From Alkalispirochaeta sp. (GTDB lineage Bacteria > Spirochaetota > Spirochaetia > DSM-27196 > Alkalispirochaetaceae), in contig CBDESZ010000004.1 in assembly GCA_965242725.1 (NCBI GenBank), positions 96,001 to 160,000 of the forward strand: DNA of 64,000 nucleotides. The letters are read 5' to 3'. Of this stretch, positions 1-9,453 are shown piece after piece (within the stretch, counting starts at the first letter, position 1; each line of letters starts with the position of its first letter). Position numbers and translations under genes: made by a program. The notes under the pieces were generated by a model. The model was not told where the DNA came from. It ran no database searches and saw nothing but the letters and a program-made list of their open reading frames with translations.

Positions 1-74
1 CCGATGCGGTATATGAAGTGGACCGCGTCGTTGAAGCCGATTTGTCGACAATCAATCCGGAGGAGTGGCTGTGA
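1..74 (+). CDS. Probable antitoxin (VapB-like), 3' end only, cut by the window edge
   Basis: The frame from nt 3 reads DAVYEVDRVVEADLSTINPEEWL*. Its TGA (72-74) overlaps the GTG (71-73) of the PIN gene, the usual type II TA coupling. Confidence 0.6.
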   Translation, partial: DAVYEVDRVVEADLSTINPEEWL

Positions 75-448
75 TTCTTGATACAAATGCCGTTTCCGCA
101 ATTCTGGCCGGTGATCCGGCGATAAAGGCAATCCTGGAGAGTACCCGAGTTCTCGTACTTCCGGCGATCGTAGCCGGCGAGTATCGCTATGGCATTACTG
201 CATCACGGTTTCGTCGGGAGCTTGACGATGTAATTGAAAGGCTCATCCAGGGCGTTACCTTTGCGTCGGTGGACGATCCCGTCTCCCGTCGCTACGCCGA
301 AGTTCGTCGGGAACTCAAAGATGCCGGGACGCCGATACCGGAAAACGACGTGTGGATCGCCGCCACGGCGAGACACTACGAAATGCCCGTCCTGAGCAGG
401 GACGCCCATTTTGATGTCGTGTCGGGAATCAAACGGGTTGCCTGGTAA
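71..448 (+). CDS. vapC: PIN-domain ribonuclease toxin (VapC family)
   Basis: Motifs ILDTN, GEYRYG, GTPIPENDVWIAATA and SRDAHF give the PIN acidic tetrad. Start taken at GTG 71 (GTGA overlap); the ORF track starts at 65. Confidence 0.9.
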   Translation: MILDTNAVSAILAGDPAIKAILESTRVLVLPAIVAGEYRYGITASRFRRELDDVIERLIQGVTFASVDDPVSRRYAEVRRELKDAGTPIPENDVWIAATARHYEMPVLSRDAHFDVVSGIKRVAW

Positions 449-479
449 TTTGAAAGCCCGGCGCCCCACAATCCGCGTC

Positions 480-508
480 TTGATCAAATCGCAGGAAAAG
501 TGTAGCCT
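480..508 (+). promoter_or_regulatory. Putative sigma70 promoter for the RRM gene
   Basis: TTGATC (480-485), 17 bp spacer, TAGCCT (503-508). Confidence 0.45.
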
Positions 509-631
509 CCGGCAAGATCACGTTTCGTAGACCGCTGACTGTACCCTTCCCTTTTTGGATCAAGAAACAGAAAAAGCAGATTCGAACGGCGATAATTTTA
601 AGACTCTGCGAAAGGCAGAAGGAGTACACCT

Positions 632-904
632 ATGGCTACAAAAATTTATGTTGGCAATCTGAACTTTAAATCCGGCGACTGGGACCTGAAAGAACTGTTT
701 GAACAGTACGGCGAAGTCGAGTCCGCATCGGTCGTCACCGATCGTGACACCGGCCGCTCCCGTGGTTTCGGTTTTGTGGAAATGACCTCCGACGAGGACG
801 CCAAAAAGGCGATTGAAGCGCTGAACGATCAGGATTTCGACGGTCGCAACCTTACGGTCAACGAGGCTCGCCCCCGGGAAGACCGAAGACCCCGACGGTA
901 TTGA
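632..904 (+). CDS. RRM (RNP-1) RNA-binding protein
   Basis: RNP2 KIYVGNL, RNP1 RGFGFVEM and LTVNEARPR. SD AAGGAG upstream. Confidence 0.95.
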   Translation: MATKIYVGNLNFKSGDWDLKELFEQYGEVESASVVTDRDTGRSRGFGFVEMTSDEDAKKAIEALNDQDFDGRNLTVNEARPREDRRPRRY

Positions 905-924
905 TTTAAGCACAATCCGTCAGC

Positions 925-975
925 ACGCACAGGCCGGTGGGAGGCGCCCCGCGCACTCCCGGCCGCCTCGTGCGT
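925..975. terminator. Long imperfect GC hairpin between convergent genes
   Basis: Nested inverted repeats ACGCAC/GTGCGT, GGCC/GGCC and GGGAG/CTCCC. No clear U-tract. Confidence 0.4.
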
Positions 976-978
976 AAC

Positions 979-1869
979 CTACCTCCCCGCCAGCACAAGA
1001 AAATCCCCCACATACGGCGCCATTTCGCTGCCGCGACGATAGCCGACGGCAAGGTGCTTGTGTATCCCGTCCCGACCGATCCGATAACTTGCTACCTCGT
1101 TTCCGAGACGCTCCACCATCCAGTCAGGCAGGGCCGTCACGCCCCGTCCCGCCCGGACAAGTTCCAGCATCACCTCTGTCGCTTCCACGGCGCGGACGCT
1201 CCGTGGCTCGATCCCCTCTGGAATGAGCAGACGGGTAAAGAGATCTAGACGTTCCCGCCCGACGGGATAGGTCAACAGATCAAGGTGCAGAAAGGCATTT
1301 CCATCCACATATCGCTCTTCCGTGCCTTCCCGGTGAAGCGGAACGTCCATATCCACCCGCGCAGCAAGGCGCATCTCATACGGGAAGAGCGGTTCAAACT
1401 CAATCTCTTCCGCCGTCAGCGGATCCGGCGTTAACAGGAGGTCGATCTGATGCGTTTCGAGCGCCTCGATGCCGGAAAACTGGTGGCGTTGTATCACATC
1501 CACATCGATCGCGGGATGTTCCGCGAGAAACCGTGGAAGGATCGTGAGAAACCACTCGTAACAGGGGTGGCATTCCATGCCGACCCGGAGCGTACCCAGC
1601 CTTCCCTCTGCATAGCCTGCCAGTGTTAAATCGGCGTGAGCCAGCTGGGGAACGATACGGTCGGCGATGGAGCGCAGGTATTCCCCCGCCTGGGTCAGCC
1701 GGATGCGCCTGCCGTCGGGTTCCCAGAGGGCGACGCCCGCCTGCTCTTCCAGCCGCCGCATGGCGTGTGACAATGCCGATTGGGTCAGGTGCAACGCCTC
1801 CGCGGCGCTGGTAAGCGTCCCCGTCCGGGAAAGGGCGTGAATGATTTCAAGATGATCCCGTCTAATCAT
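979..1869 (-). CDS. metR: LysR-family regulator MetR
   Basis: LysR HTH (LHLTQSALSH), MetR-type GMECHPCYEW segment, divergent from metE. Confidence 0.9.
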   Translation of the reverse strand: MIRRDHLEIIHALSRTGTLTSAAEALHLTQSALSHAMRRLEEQAGVALWEPDGRRIRLTQAGEYLRSIADRIVPQLAHADLTLAGYAEGRLGTLRVGMECHPCYEWFLTILPRFLAEHPAIDVDVIQRHQFSGIEALETHQIDLLLTPDPLTAEEIEFEPLFPYEMRLAARVDMDVPLHREGTEERYVDGNAFLHLDLLTYPVGRERLDLFTRLLIPEGIEPRSVRAVEATEVMLELVRAGRGVTALPDWMVERLGNEVASYRIGRDGIHKHLAVGYRRGSEMAPYVGDFLVLAGR

Positions 1870-1902
1870 GAACTATCCTCATGTATTTGTGAAAAAATAT
1901 CG
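1869..1902. promoter_or_regulatory. Tandem MetR boxes
   Basis: TGAACTATCCTCA (1869-1881) is close to the TGAA-N5-TTCA consensus. A weaker TGAAAAAATATCG (1890-1902) lies 21 bp away. Confidence 0.7.
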
Positions 1903-1952
1903 TTATTCCTAATCGATTGCAACGAGTACATTACAATCCGGAGGAGATGTTT

Positions 1953-4427
1953 ATGACGGTACACAACCTTGGATACCCCCGGATCGGGCGCAAGAGAGAG
2001 ATGAAATTTGCCATTGAGCGCTATTGGAAGGGCGCCATCGACGCGGAGACGCTCCGTGCAACTGCCCGGCGCGTGCGGAATGAACGGTGGAAAACGCAGG
2101 CCGAGGCGGGGATCGAACTCATTCCCGTCGGCGACTTTCCCCTCTACGATCAGGTGCTGCAAATGAGTCTCACTCTGGGCGTATTTCCGCGACGTTTTCG
2201 TGAGAGCGGGGCGGTGGAGCGGCTGTCCCGATTGGACCTGGAGTTTGCAATTGCCCGGGGCATCGCGGCGTCGCCGAAAGAGGGTGGCGCGGCAGTGAAC
2301 GAAGACATCCCGCCCTCGGCGATGACCAAGTGGTTTGATACCAACTACCACTACATCACCCCCGAACTGGACGGCGCAGAGAGTGACTCCGAGGGAGGCA
2401 CCGGGAATCCCTTTTCGCCGGACCCGTCGGCGCTGGTTGAGGAGGCCCGGGACGCCCGGGCCGCGGGATATCGCCCCAAGGCGGTTCTTGTCGGTCCCGT
2501 CACCTATCTCTGGCTCGCGGGGGCTTCTCCCGACCTTGCCGCTCATGCCGGGGAAGCCTATCGCCGGATTGCCGATGCGCTTGCGCCCCATGTGGAGTGG
2601 ATTCAGTACGACGAGCCGATCCTCGCTCTCGATCTGCCGGTGCTCTGGCAGGACGCCTTCCGGGTCGCCTACGCCGCGCTGAATCCGGCGACGCCGGCGA
2701 CGATCACCGGGGCAGCGGGTACTGAAACCGGCGCACACCGCCGGCGCGCTCCGAGGCCCGCCGAGCCGCAGCAGCGCGCTCCCGTCCTCATCGCCACATA
2801 CTTCGGTCCCCTCGAGGAAAATCTCTCACTGCTGCTGGAGCTGCCGGTGGAGGGCTATCACCTCGACGCGGTGCGCGGACCAGCAGACATCATGCCCGCG
2901 GCGAAGGCGCTCCGGGAAGGGCAGATCCTCTCCGTGGGTGTCGTCAACGGCCGCAACGTGTGGAAAACTGACCGCGCCGCCGCTCTGGAGTCACTGATCC
3001 CCCTCTACCGCGACCTGCGCGACCGGTTGTGGATCGCGCCCTCCTGTTCGCTTCTGCACGTGCCGTTGAACGTCGAAGATGAGGAAGAGCTGGACCCTGA
3101 GGTGCGCTCCAGGCTCGCCTTTGCCGACCAGAAGCTCCATGAACTCGCTGCTCTGAGGAGGGACCTCCATGCCGGCGCCGCCGGTGACGAGACCGGCGCC
3201 CGTCGTCCCGGCCAAGGTCACACCGCCAGCCACACCGGCGCCCGCCGCCCAGCCGCCGCACACACCGCCGCACACGCGACCGGTCACGAGGCGGCCGGGC
3301 TCGCTCGCGGTACCGACACTTCCGCCTCCCGCCCCGGCGCCGTCCTCCCCCCGCCGGAGGAGCTGAAAGCCCTCGCCGAACGAAAGTCCTCCTACGCCGA
3401 GCGCGCCACCCTCCAGCGCCGCCGCTTCGGCCTGCCCGCCTTTCCCACCACGACGATCGGTTCCTTTCCCCAGACTGCGGAAATCCGCGCCGCCCGTCGC
3501 GCCGCCCGACGGGGAGAACTCTCGCCGGAGCGCTACGAGGAGCGCATACGTGAGGAAATCGCCGGAACGATAAAAAAGCAGGAAGAAATCGGCCTGGACG
3601 TCCTTGTCCACGGCGAGGCGGAACGGACGGACATGGTTGAGTACTTCGGGCGACAGCTTGAGGGCTTCGCCTTCACCGCACACGGCTGGGTCCAGTCCTA
3701 CGGCACCCGCTGTGTAAAACCGCCGATCATCTACGGCGACGTGGACCGTCCCCGTCCCATGACGGTGAAATGGATCACCTACGCCCAGTCCCTGACGGAC
3801 AGACCGGTAAAGGGCATGCTCACCGGACCGGTGACCATTCTCCAATGGTCATTTGTCAGGGAAGATCAGCCCCGGCGCGACACGGCGCTGCAAATCGCCC
3901 TTGCCCTGCGCAGGGAAGTGCGTGATCTGGAAAGCGCCGGCATCGGCATCATTCAAATGGACGAGCCGGCACTGCGGGAAGGGCTGCCCCTCCGGCGCTC
4001 CCGCCGACAGGAGTATCTCGACTGGGCGGTCCTTGCATTCCGCCTCGCCACCTCGGTGGTGACAAACCAGACGCAGATACACACCCACATGTGCTACTCC
4101 CGGTTCAACGAAATTATCGAAGCGATCGCCGCACTGGACGCCGACGTCATCACCATCGAGGCCGCCCGCTCCCGCATGCGCCTCCTCGACGCCTTTCACC
4201 GCTATTCCTATCCCAACGAGATCGGACCGGGCATCTACGACATCCACTCCCCGCTGGTTCCGACGGCGAACCAGATCGCGACGCTCCTCGAGCGCGCCCT
4301 GGAGCACATCCCCCGGGAGCGCCTCTGGATCAACCCCGACTGCGGTCTCAAGACGCGTTCCTGGGCGGAGGTGGAACCCTCCCTTCGCAACATGGTCGAC
4401 GCCGCGCGCCTCATGCGGGCATCGTAA
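1953..4427 (+). CDS. metE: Cobalamin-independent methionine synthase
   Basis: HNLGYPRIG, MTKWFDTNYHY, PTTTIGSFPQ, and the Zn-ligand motifs HTHMCY, TIE and NPDCGLKTR. Start set at ATG 1953 after GGAGG. Confidence 0.97.
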   Translation: MTVHNLGYPRIGRKREMKFAIERYWKGAIDAETLRATARRVRNERWKTQAEAGIELIPVGDFPLYDQVLQMSLTLGVFPRRFRESGAVERLSRLDLEFAIARGIAASPKEGGAAVNEDIPPSAMTKWFDTNYHYITPELDGAESDSEGGTGNPFSPDPSALVEEARDARAAGYRPKAVLVGPVTYLWLAGASPDLAAHAGEAYRRIADALAPHVEWIQYDEPILALDLPVLWQDAFRVAYAALNPATPATITGAAGTETGAHRRRAPRPAEPQQRAPVLIATYFGPLEENLSLLLELPVEGYHLDAVRGPADIMPAAKALREGQILSVGVVNGRNVWKTDRAAALESLIPLYRDLRDRLWIAPSCSLLHVPLNVEDEEELDPEVRSRLAFADQKLHELAALRRDLHAGAAGDETGARRPGQGHTASHTGARRPAAAHTAAHATGHEAAGLARGTDTSASRPGAVLPPPEELKALAERKSSYAERATLQRRRFGLPAFPTTTIGSFPQTAEIRAARRAARRGELSPERYEERIREEIAGTIKKQEEIGLDVLVHGEAERTDMVEYFGRQLEGFAFTAHGWVQSYGTRCVKPPIIYGDVDRPRPMTVKWITYAQSLTDRPVKGMLTGPVTILQWSFVREDQPRRDTALQIALALRREVRDLESAGIGIIQMDEPALREGLPLRRSRRQEYLDWAVLAFRLATSVVTNQTQIHTHMCYSRFNEIIEAIAALDADVITIEAARSRMRLLDAFHRYSYPNEIGPGIYDIHSPLVPTANQIATLLERALEHIPRERLWINPDCGLKTRSWAEVEPSLRNMVDAARLMRAS

Positions 4428-4428
4428 A

Positions 4429-6054
4429 TCATTTTCTAGATTGAACTGACGTTCCGCGGGGATTCCTCCCCGGTACCGCGCTCCGGACCGCCTCGAGGGG
4501 GTAGAGGGTGGAGTCCCCGAAGCGGGTATCACCGGTCGCCTCCAGGGTGATCTCCTGCAGCTCGCCCGCGGGCAGAATGAGATCCGCCATGGTGAGCGTT
4601 CCCCCGAGGAGGAAGAGCTCCAGCGTGGACGCATCAACGATGAGGTGAAGATCAAGCCCGTCGCACTCAGCCGGGAGGGTAGCGGGATTTGCCACGCCGA
4701 AATGGGGTGAAAAGCCCCCGCCCGCCGCGGAGGTACGGTCGACTGCCACCGTTCCGGCGTGAAGATCAATGTGGATCGTCACACTGCCTCCACCGTGATA
4801 GGTGAGGCGGACTCGTCCCTCCCCGTCGCCGGCGAGATCGGTCAAAAGCTCAAGGGCAACCTCGCCGTCGGGGAAAAATCGGATCGCCTCTCCGGCGCGT
4901 CCCCGTTGGGTACCGTCCCTTCCGGCACCACTCGATGAAACGGGAGGGACGGGCCGACGGCGGAGTGTCTTCAGCTCCCGCACCGGCTTCTGGGTCAGTC
5001 GGAGCTCTCCGCCGACGCGTCTCAATCCCACTTCCCTCGGAAGGGTCATGACGCCCCGCCAGGGCGTCGTCGGTACATCACGGCTGTACGCCCACTGGCT
5101 CATCCAGGCGATCCAGACCGTCCGGCCCTGCTCGGCGGGAATACCCGACCAGCTCTGGGCGGCGTAAAAATCGCGGCCGTGGTCGACCCACCGTATCCGG
5201 TCGCCATCGCCGTCACTATGAAACTGAAGGCCGTCAAAGTGTCCCGTGAAGTACTGCGTACCCCCCTTATTGACGGGGGCCCTGTCGCCGTCACCGACGA
5301 CCAGAACCCACGTGCCTTCTCCGGATTCGCCGTTTTCAACGGGGAGGTACAACAGATCGGGACACTCCCAGATACCCGCGTGGGAGCCCCGGTCACTGCC
5401 GAAGGAGCCGGTCATCTCCCAGTCAAGCAGGTTCTCACTGCGGTAAAAGAGCACCTCGTCCTCATGGGCGACGACCATGATCCAGCGGCAGCTTTCGGCG
5501 TGCCAGAACACCTTGGGGTCCCTGAAATCAGCGCGGCCGGTATTGTCTATGACGGGGTTTCCTTCGTACAGCTCCCAGTGAACTCCTCCGTCGCGGCTGA
5601 AGGCGACGCTCTGGGCCTGATCGGAGAAATCGTCACCTCCGGGGCCGCCGGGGAGGACGCTTGTAAAAAGAGCCACCACTCCGCGCTCCGGACCAAAGAG
5701 ACCCGACCGGTTGTCCTCGTCGACAACGGCGGAGCCCGAAAAGGGAAATCCCGTCCGCGCGTCCGGTTTCAGGGCGAGGGGGAGTTCTTCCCAATGGAGG
5801 AGGTCGATACTCCTGACGTGGGCCCAGCTGATGGATCCCCAGTTCACGTCGTGGGGATTGTGCTGATAAAAGAGGTGGTACTCCCCAACGATATATACGG
5901 GTCCGTTTGGATCATTCATCCAGTTCCTGCGGGGAGTGTAGTGAACGCGCGGTCGCAGAGGCTCCTGGTAGAGGGACACGGTGCTGCTCCTTTCTCTCGT
6001 CGGTTCTTTCAGGTCCGGCATTCTATATGACATGCCTGCCCGTTGAAACCGCAT
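4429..6054 (-). CDS. GH32 beta-fructofuranosidase/levanase, probably cytoplasmic
   Basis: WMNDPNG, FSGSAV, FRDPKV and WECPD motifs plus a C-terminal beta-sandwich. No signal peptide. The start could be 6033 or 6021. Confidence 0.93.
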   Translation of the reverse strand: MRFQRAGMSYRMPDLKEPTRERSSTVSLYQEPLRPRVHYTPRRNWMNDPNGPVYIVGEYHLFYQHNPHDVNWGSISWAHVRSIDLLHWEELPLALKPDARTGFPFSGSAVVDEDNRSGLFGPERGVVALFTSVLPGGPGGDDFSDQAQSVAFSRDGGVHWELYEGNPVIDNTGRADFRDPKVFWHAESCRWIMVVAHEDEVLFYRSENLLDWEMTGSFGSDRGSHAGIWECPDLLYLPVENGESGEGTWVLVVGDGDRAPVNKGGTQYFTGHFDGLQFHSDGDGDRIRWVDHGRDFYAAQSWSGIPAEQGRTVWIAWMSQWAYSRDVPTTPWRGVMTLPREVGLRRVGGELRLTQKPVRELKTLRRRPVPPVSSSGAGRDGTQRGRAGEAIRFFPDGEVALELLTDLAGDGEGRVRLTYHGGGSVTIHIDLHAGTVAVDRTSAAGGGFSPHFGVANPATLPAECDGLDLHLIVDASTLELFLLGGTLTMADLILPAGELQEITLEATGDTRFGDSTLYPLEAVRSAVPGRNPRGTSVQSRK

Positions 6055-6092
6055 TGCGGTCCGGTGCCGTCCGTCAGGAAAACCGCCGGAAT

Positions 6093-6215
6093 TTTCAGGA
6101 AAACGTTGCGTACTTAAGGCGAATATTGCAAACGCTTTCCTGAAATAAAATAGTAAATACCTTAAATATAAGTACTTATAATGGTGTAAATTGTTTCGAA
6201 AGGTAAGCGTTGACC
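6093..6215. promoter_or_regulatory. LacI-family operator-like sites in the divergent GH32/ABC promoter region
   Basis: Three CG-centred 14-mers: GGAAAACGTTGCGT (6098-6111), TGCAAACGCTTTCC (6127-6140) and GGTAAGCGTTGACC (6202-6215). Confidence 0.6.
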
Positions 6216-6270
6216 GTTGCTATCGCCGATTTCATACTGAAACAAAGAAAGCGTAATCAAGGAGGCACCT

Positions 6271-7578
6271 ATGAAACGCATGATACTTGGTCTCGCAGTC
6301 GCCGTTGCCGCCGTCGGTATGATATGGGCCGGCGGACAGGGCGAGAGACAAATGGATACCGACGAGGAAGGACCCGTCGTCATAGAAGTCTGGAATCACT
6401 CGGGCAAAGGGCCGGAACGGGAAGCCCTGGATGCAACCATTCAGCGATTCAATGAAATGCAGGATGAAATCCAGGTAAACCTCACCCGCCTGCCGGAGGG
6501 CTCCTACAACGAGCAGGTCAGCGCCGCCGCATTGTCCGGAGACCTCCCGGATCTCCTCGACTTTGACGGTCCCAATCTGTACAACTACGCCTGGTCGGGA
6601 CACCTTATCCCGATCGGTGAATACGTTCCCCAGGATATGAAAGAAGACTTCCTGCCTTCAATAATCGCCCAGGGAACGTACGACGGTCAGCTCTGGTCCC
6701 TCGGTCAGTTTGACTCGGGACTCGCCCTGTGGGGTAATCGCGCCTACCTTGAAGAGGCGGGGGTGAGGATTCCGACCTCCGTGGACGACGCCTGGACCTT
6801 TGAGGAGTTCAATGACGCCCTGGAGCGTCTTCAGGCGCTCGACCAGGTCGAGTACGCAATCGACGTGAAAATGAATTACGGACAGGGTGAGTGGTACAGC
6901 TACGCCTTTTCGCCGATCCTGCAGGCCTTCGGTGGTGATCTGATCGATCGCTCGGACTACATGTCAGCCGATGGCGTTCTCAACGGCGACGGCGCCGTTG
7001 AGGCGATGGAGTGGTTTCAAAGCCTCTTTGAGGATGGCTATGCCAATCCCGCTCCCGCCGGCGATGATTCATTCTTCGGCAGCAAGACTGCGGCTCTCGC
7101 CTATGTGGGACACTGGATGAAACAACCCCACCTCGAAGGGTTGGGCGAGGACAACCTTGTGCTCATTCCCATTTTCAAAGGTCCTGAAGAACATGTTACT
7201 GGAATGGGCTCGTGGAACTGGGGTATCACAAGCAATGCCGAGAACCCCGAAGCGGTCTGGACGTTCATGGAATTTCTCCTCTCTCCGGAAGAGATTCTCC
7301 GCATGACCGACGGAAACGGTGCGATTCCCGCCCGGGCAAGCGCCATACAGCAACGTGAAGAGTATCAGTCCGGGGGATGGCTCCATGTCTTCGTGGAGCA
7401 GCTTAACACCATCGCCGTACCCCGCCCGCAGACGCCGACGTATCCCACCATTACCAGCACCTTCGCGGAAGCGGTACAGAACATCGTAAACGGTGCGAAT
7501 GTTCAGGAGGAACTGGACGAGGCGGTTGAGGAGATCGACCAGGATATCCAGGACAACAGCGGATATCCCACCAACTAG
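6271..7578 (+). CDS. Sugar ABC transporter substrate-binding protein
   Basis: Signal peptide ending WAGGQGE, SGDLPDL motif, family-1 SBP layout, SD GGAGG. Very acidic. Confidence 0.93.
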   Translation: MKRMILGLAVAVAAVGMIWAGGQGERQMDTDEEGPVVIEVWNHSGKGPEREALDATIQRFNEMQDEIQVNLTRLPEGSYNEQVSAAALSGDLPDLLDFDGPNLYNYAWSGHLIPIGEYVPQDMKEDFLPSIIAQGTYDGQLWSLGQFDSGLALWGNRAYLEEAGVRIPTSVDDAWTFEEFNDALERLQALDQVEYAIDVKMNYGQGEWYSYAFSPILQAFGGDLIDRSDYMSADGVLNGDGAVEAMEWFQSLFEDGYANPAPAGDDSFFGSKTAALAYVGHWMKQPHLEGLGEDNLVLIPIFKGPEEHVTGMGSWNWGITSNAENPEAVWTFMEFLLSPEEILRMTDGNGAIPARASAIQQREEYQSGGWLHVFVEQLNTIAVPRPQTPTYPTITSTFAEAVQNIVNGANVQEELDEAVEEIDQDIQDNSGYPTN

Positions 7579-7602
7579 AATCTTCGTGATTCAAAAGATT
7601 AC

Positions 7603-7628
7603 GGCGGCGGGACGTGCGTCCCGTCGCC
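7603..7628 (+). terminator. Intercistronic stem-loop after the SBP gene (mRNA stabiliser or attenuator)
   Basis: GGCGGCGGGAC-GTGC-GTCCCGTCGCC, an 11-bp stem with one G-U pair. Confidence 0.6.
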
Positions 7629-7649
7629 TGTTCCAGTGAGGAGTAGCGT

Positions 7650-8579
7650 ATGAGCAATGTGACCGCCCTGTCGGGCGCTCCGGGAGTACAGAGGAAAAAG
7701 GAAGTCACCGCGGCATGGCTCATGTCCGCACCGGCGATCCTTTTGCTTCTGGTCTTTCTGATCGTCCCCTTCATCATGGCCATCGGGCTCTCCTTTACCG
7801 ATCAGCGATTGATCCCCAACCCGAACCTTCCCACAAAGTTTGTCGCCTTCAGAAATTTTTACCGTCTCCTCCAGGACGAAACGTTTCAACGGGCGATTCT
7901 GAACAACTTCTACTTCACCCTCGTGGTGGTGCCCGTTCAGACCTCTCTCGCCCTCGCAATGGCGATGCTTGTGAACCTGCGGATGAAATTCACAAACACC
8001 TTTCGCACAATCTATTTCTCTCCCGTGGTCATCACCATGGTGGTCGTTTCCATCGTCTGGTACCTTCTCTATAACCCGGAACAGGGGTTCATCAACCGCG
8101 CGATGGAGACGATTACCTTCGGCGCCTGGCCGGAGGTGCGATGGATTCACAGCACCGCGACGGCCCTGCCGGCGATCATGATTCTTTCGGTCTGGCAGGG
8201 CGTCGGATTTCAGATGATCATTTTCCTGGCAGGCCTCCAGGATATTCCCGATCAGCTCTATGAGGTTGCCGACATCGACGGCGCTTCGAGCTGGCAGAAG
8301 TTCTGGGGCGTCACCTTTCCCCTCCTCAGGAATACAACTCTCTTTGTGGTGATTTCAACGACCATCCTCGCCTTCAAACTCTTTAAACAGGTGTGGGTCA
8401 TGACCCAGGGAGGGCCGCAGGAGGCGACTATGACGGCAATCGTCATGATGTATCGGCAGGGATTCCGGCGGGGTAATATCGGCTATTCCTCGGCTATCGC
8501 GGTCCTCTTTTTTGTCATTGTCCTTGGAATTTCCCTGGTTCAGCGGAGTGTCATGAAAGAAGAAAGGGCGGTGGACTGA
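7650..8579 (+). CDS. Carbohydrate ABC permease (MalF-like)
   Basis: About 6 TM segments; EAA loop LYEVADIDGAS. Confidence 0.93.
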   Translation: MSNVTALSGAPGVQRKKEVTAAWLMSAPAILLLLVFLIVPFIMAIGLSFTDQRLIPNPNLPTKFVAFRNFYRLLQDETFQRAILNNFYFTLVVVPVQTSLALAMAMLVNLRMKFTNTFRTIYFSPVVITMVVVSIVWYLLYNPEQGFINRAMETITFGAWPEVRWIHSTATALPAIMILSVWQGVGFQMIIFLAGLQDIPDQLYEVADIDGASSWQKFWGVTFPLLRNTTLFVVISTTILAFKLFKQVWVMTQGGPQEATMTAIVMMYRQGFRRGNIGYSSAIAVLFFVIVLGISLVQRSVMKEERAVD

Positions 8580-8580
8580 T

Positions 8581-9453
8581 ATGACGGATCATATACGCGA
8601 GACTTCGGCCTGGCGGAGGAGACAGCGGATTCAACGCCTTGTCCTTTATCTCATCATGGCACTTCTGGCCCTGTTTTTCCTCTTTCCCACGGTCTTCATG
8701 ATTGTTTCGTCATTGAAGCAGGATCAGCTGCAGCTCCTGTCCGACATGAGTGGGCTGAAAGGATTTGTCCCCTATGGAGATATCGGGTTCGATAATTACC
8801 TCGGCGTCTTCAGGGAGATGCCCTTCGGCCTCTTCTTCTTCAATTCCGTTTTTATACTGGCCACCACCATAGCGGCGGGGCTCTTTTTCAACAGCATGTT
8901 CGCCTTTGCCCTGGCCAGGCTCCGGTTTCGGGGACGGGCGGTGCTCGTCAGTGCCGTTATCGCCCTCATTATCATTCCCATAGAATCGGTGGTCATTCCC
9001 ATGCTTCTGATGGTGAACGAGTTTGGATGGATAGATAGCTATCGCGTGCAGATATTCCCCTTTATCGGTCACGCCTTTTCGGTCTTCCTGTTTTACCAGT
9101 TCTTCATCGGAATACCGAAGGACTTTGACGAGGCGGCGATTATCGACGGCGCCGGATATTTCCGCGTCTATTCCATGGTCATCGTTCCCCTTTCCCGGCC
9201 GGTCTTCGCGTCGGTGGCGATTCTCCAGGGGATACAGCACTGGGGTCGCTTCCTTTGGCCTCTCATGGTGACCAGAGCGGAGACGTACCGGCCCCTGCCG
9301 GTGGCGATACAGCAGTTTTTCAGTCAGGACCCCAAACAGTGGGGATATATTTTCGCCTTCGCCTCAATGACAACGATCCCCCTGCTCATTCTCTTCCTGC
9401 TCTTTCAGAAGTGGTTTGTCCAATCTGTCGCGAGCACAGGGGTAAAGGGATAG
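8581..9453 (+). CDS. Carbohydrate ABC permease (MalG-like)
   Basis: EAA loop FDEAAIIDGAG; ends FVQSVASTGVKG. Confidence 0.93.
   Translation: MTDHIRETSAWRRRQRIQRLVLYLIMALLALFFLFPTVFMIVSSLKQDQLQLLSDMSGLKGFVPYGDIGFDNYLGVFREMPFGLFFFNSVFILATTIAAGLFFNSMFAFALARLRFRGRAVLVSAVIALIIIPIESVVIPMLLMVNEFGWIDSYRVQIFPFIGHAFSVFLFYQFFIGIPKDFDEAAIIDGAGYFRVYSMVIVPLSRPVFASVAILQGIQHWGRFLWPLMVTRAETYRPLPVAIQQFFSQDPKQWGYIFAFASMTTIPLLILFLLFQKWFVQSVASTGVKG

Noticed and set aside
3168..3360. MetE insertion as an intein or mobile element
   Set aside because: No Cys/Ser start, His-Asn end, endonuclease motif or terminal repeats; it is only low-complexity sequence.
1866..3845. Long antisense ORFs over metE, and similar ones at 22874-24121, 42556-43809, 52199-54010 and 54696-56438
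   Set aside because: Shadow ORFs expected opposite high-GC genes. They have no motifs or SD, and the sense gene is clearly identified.
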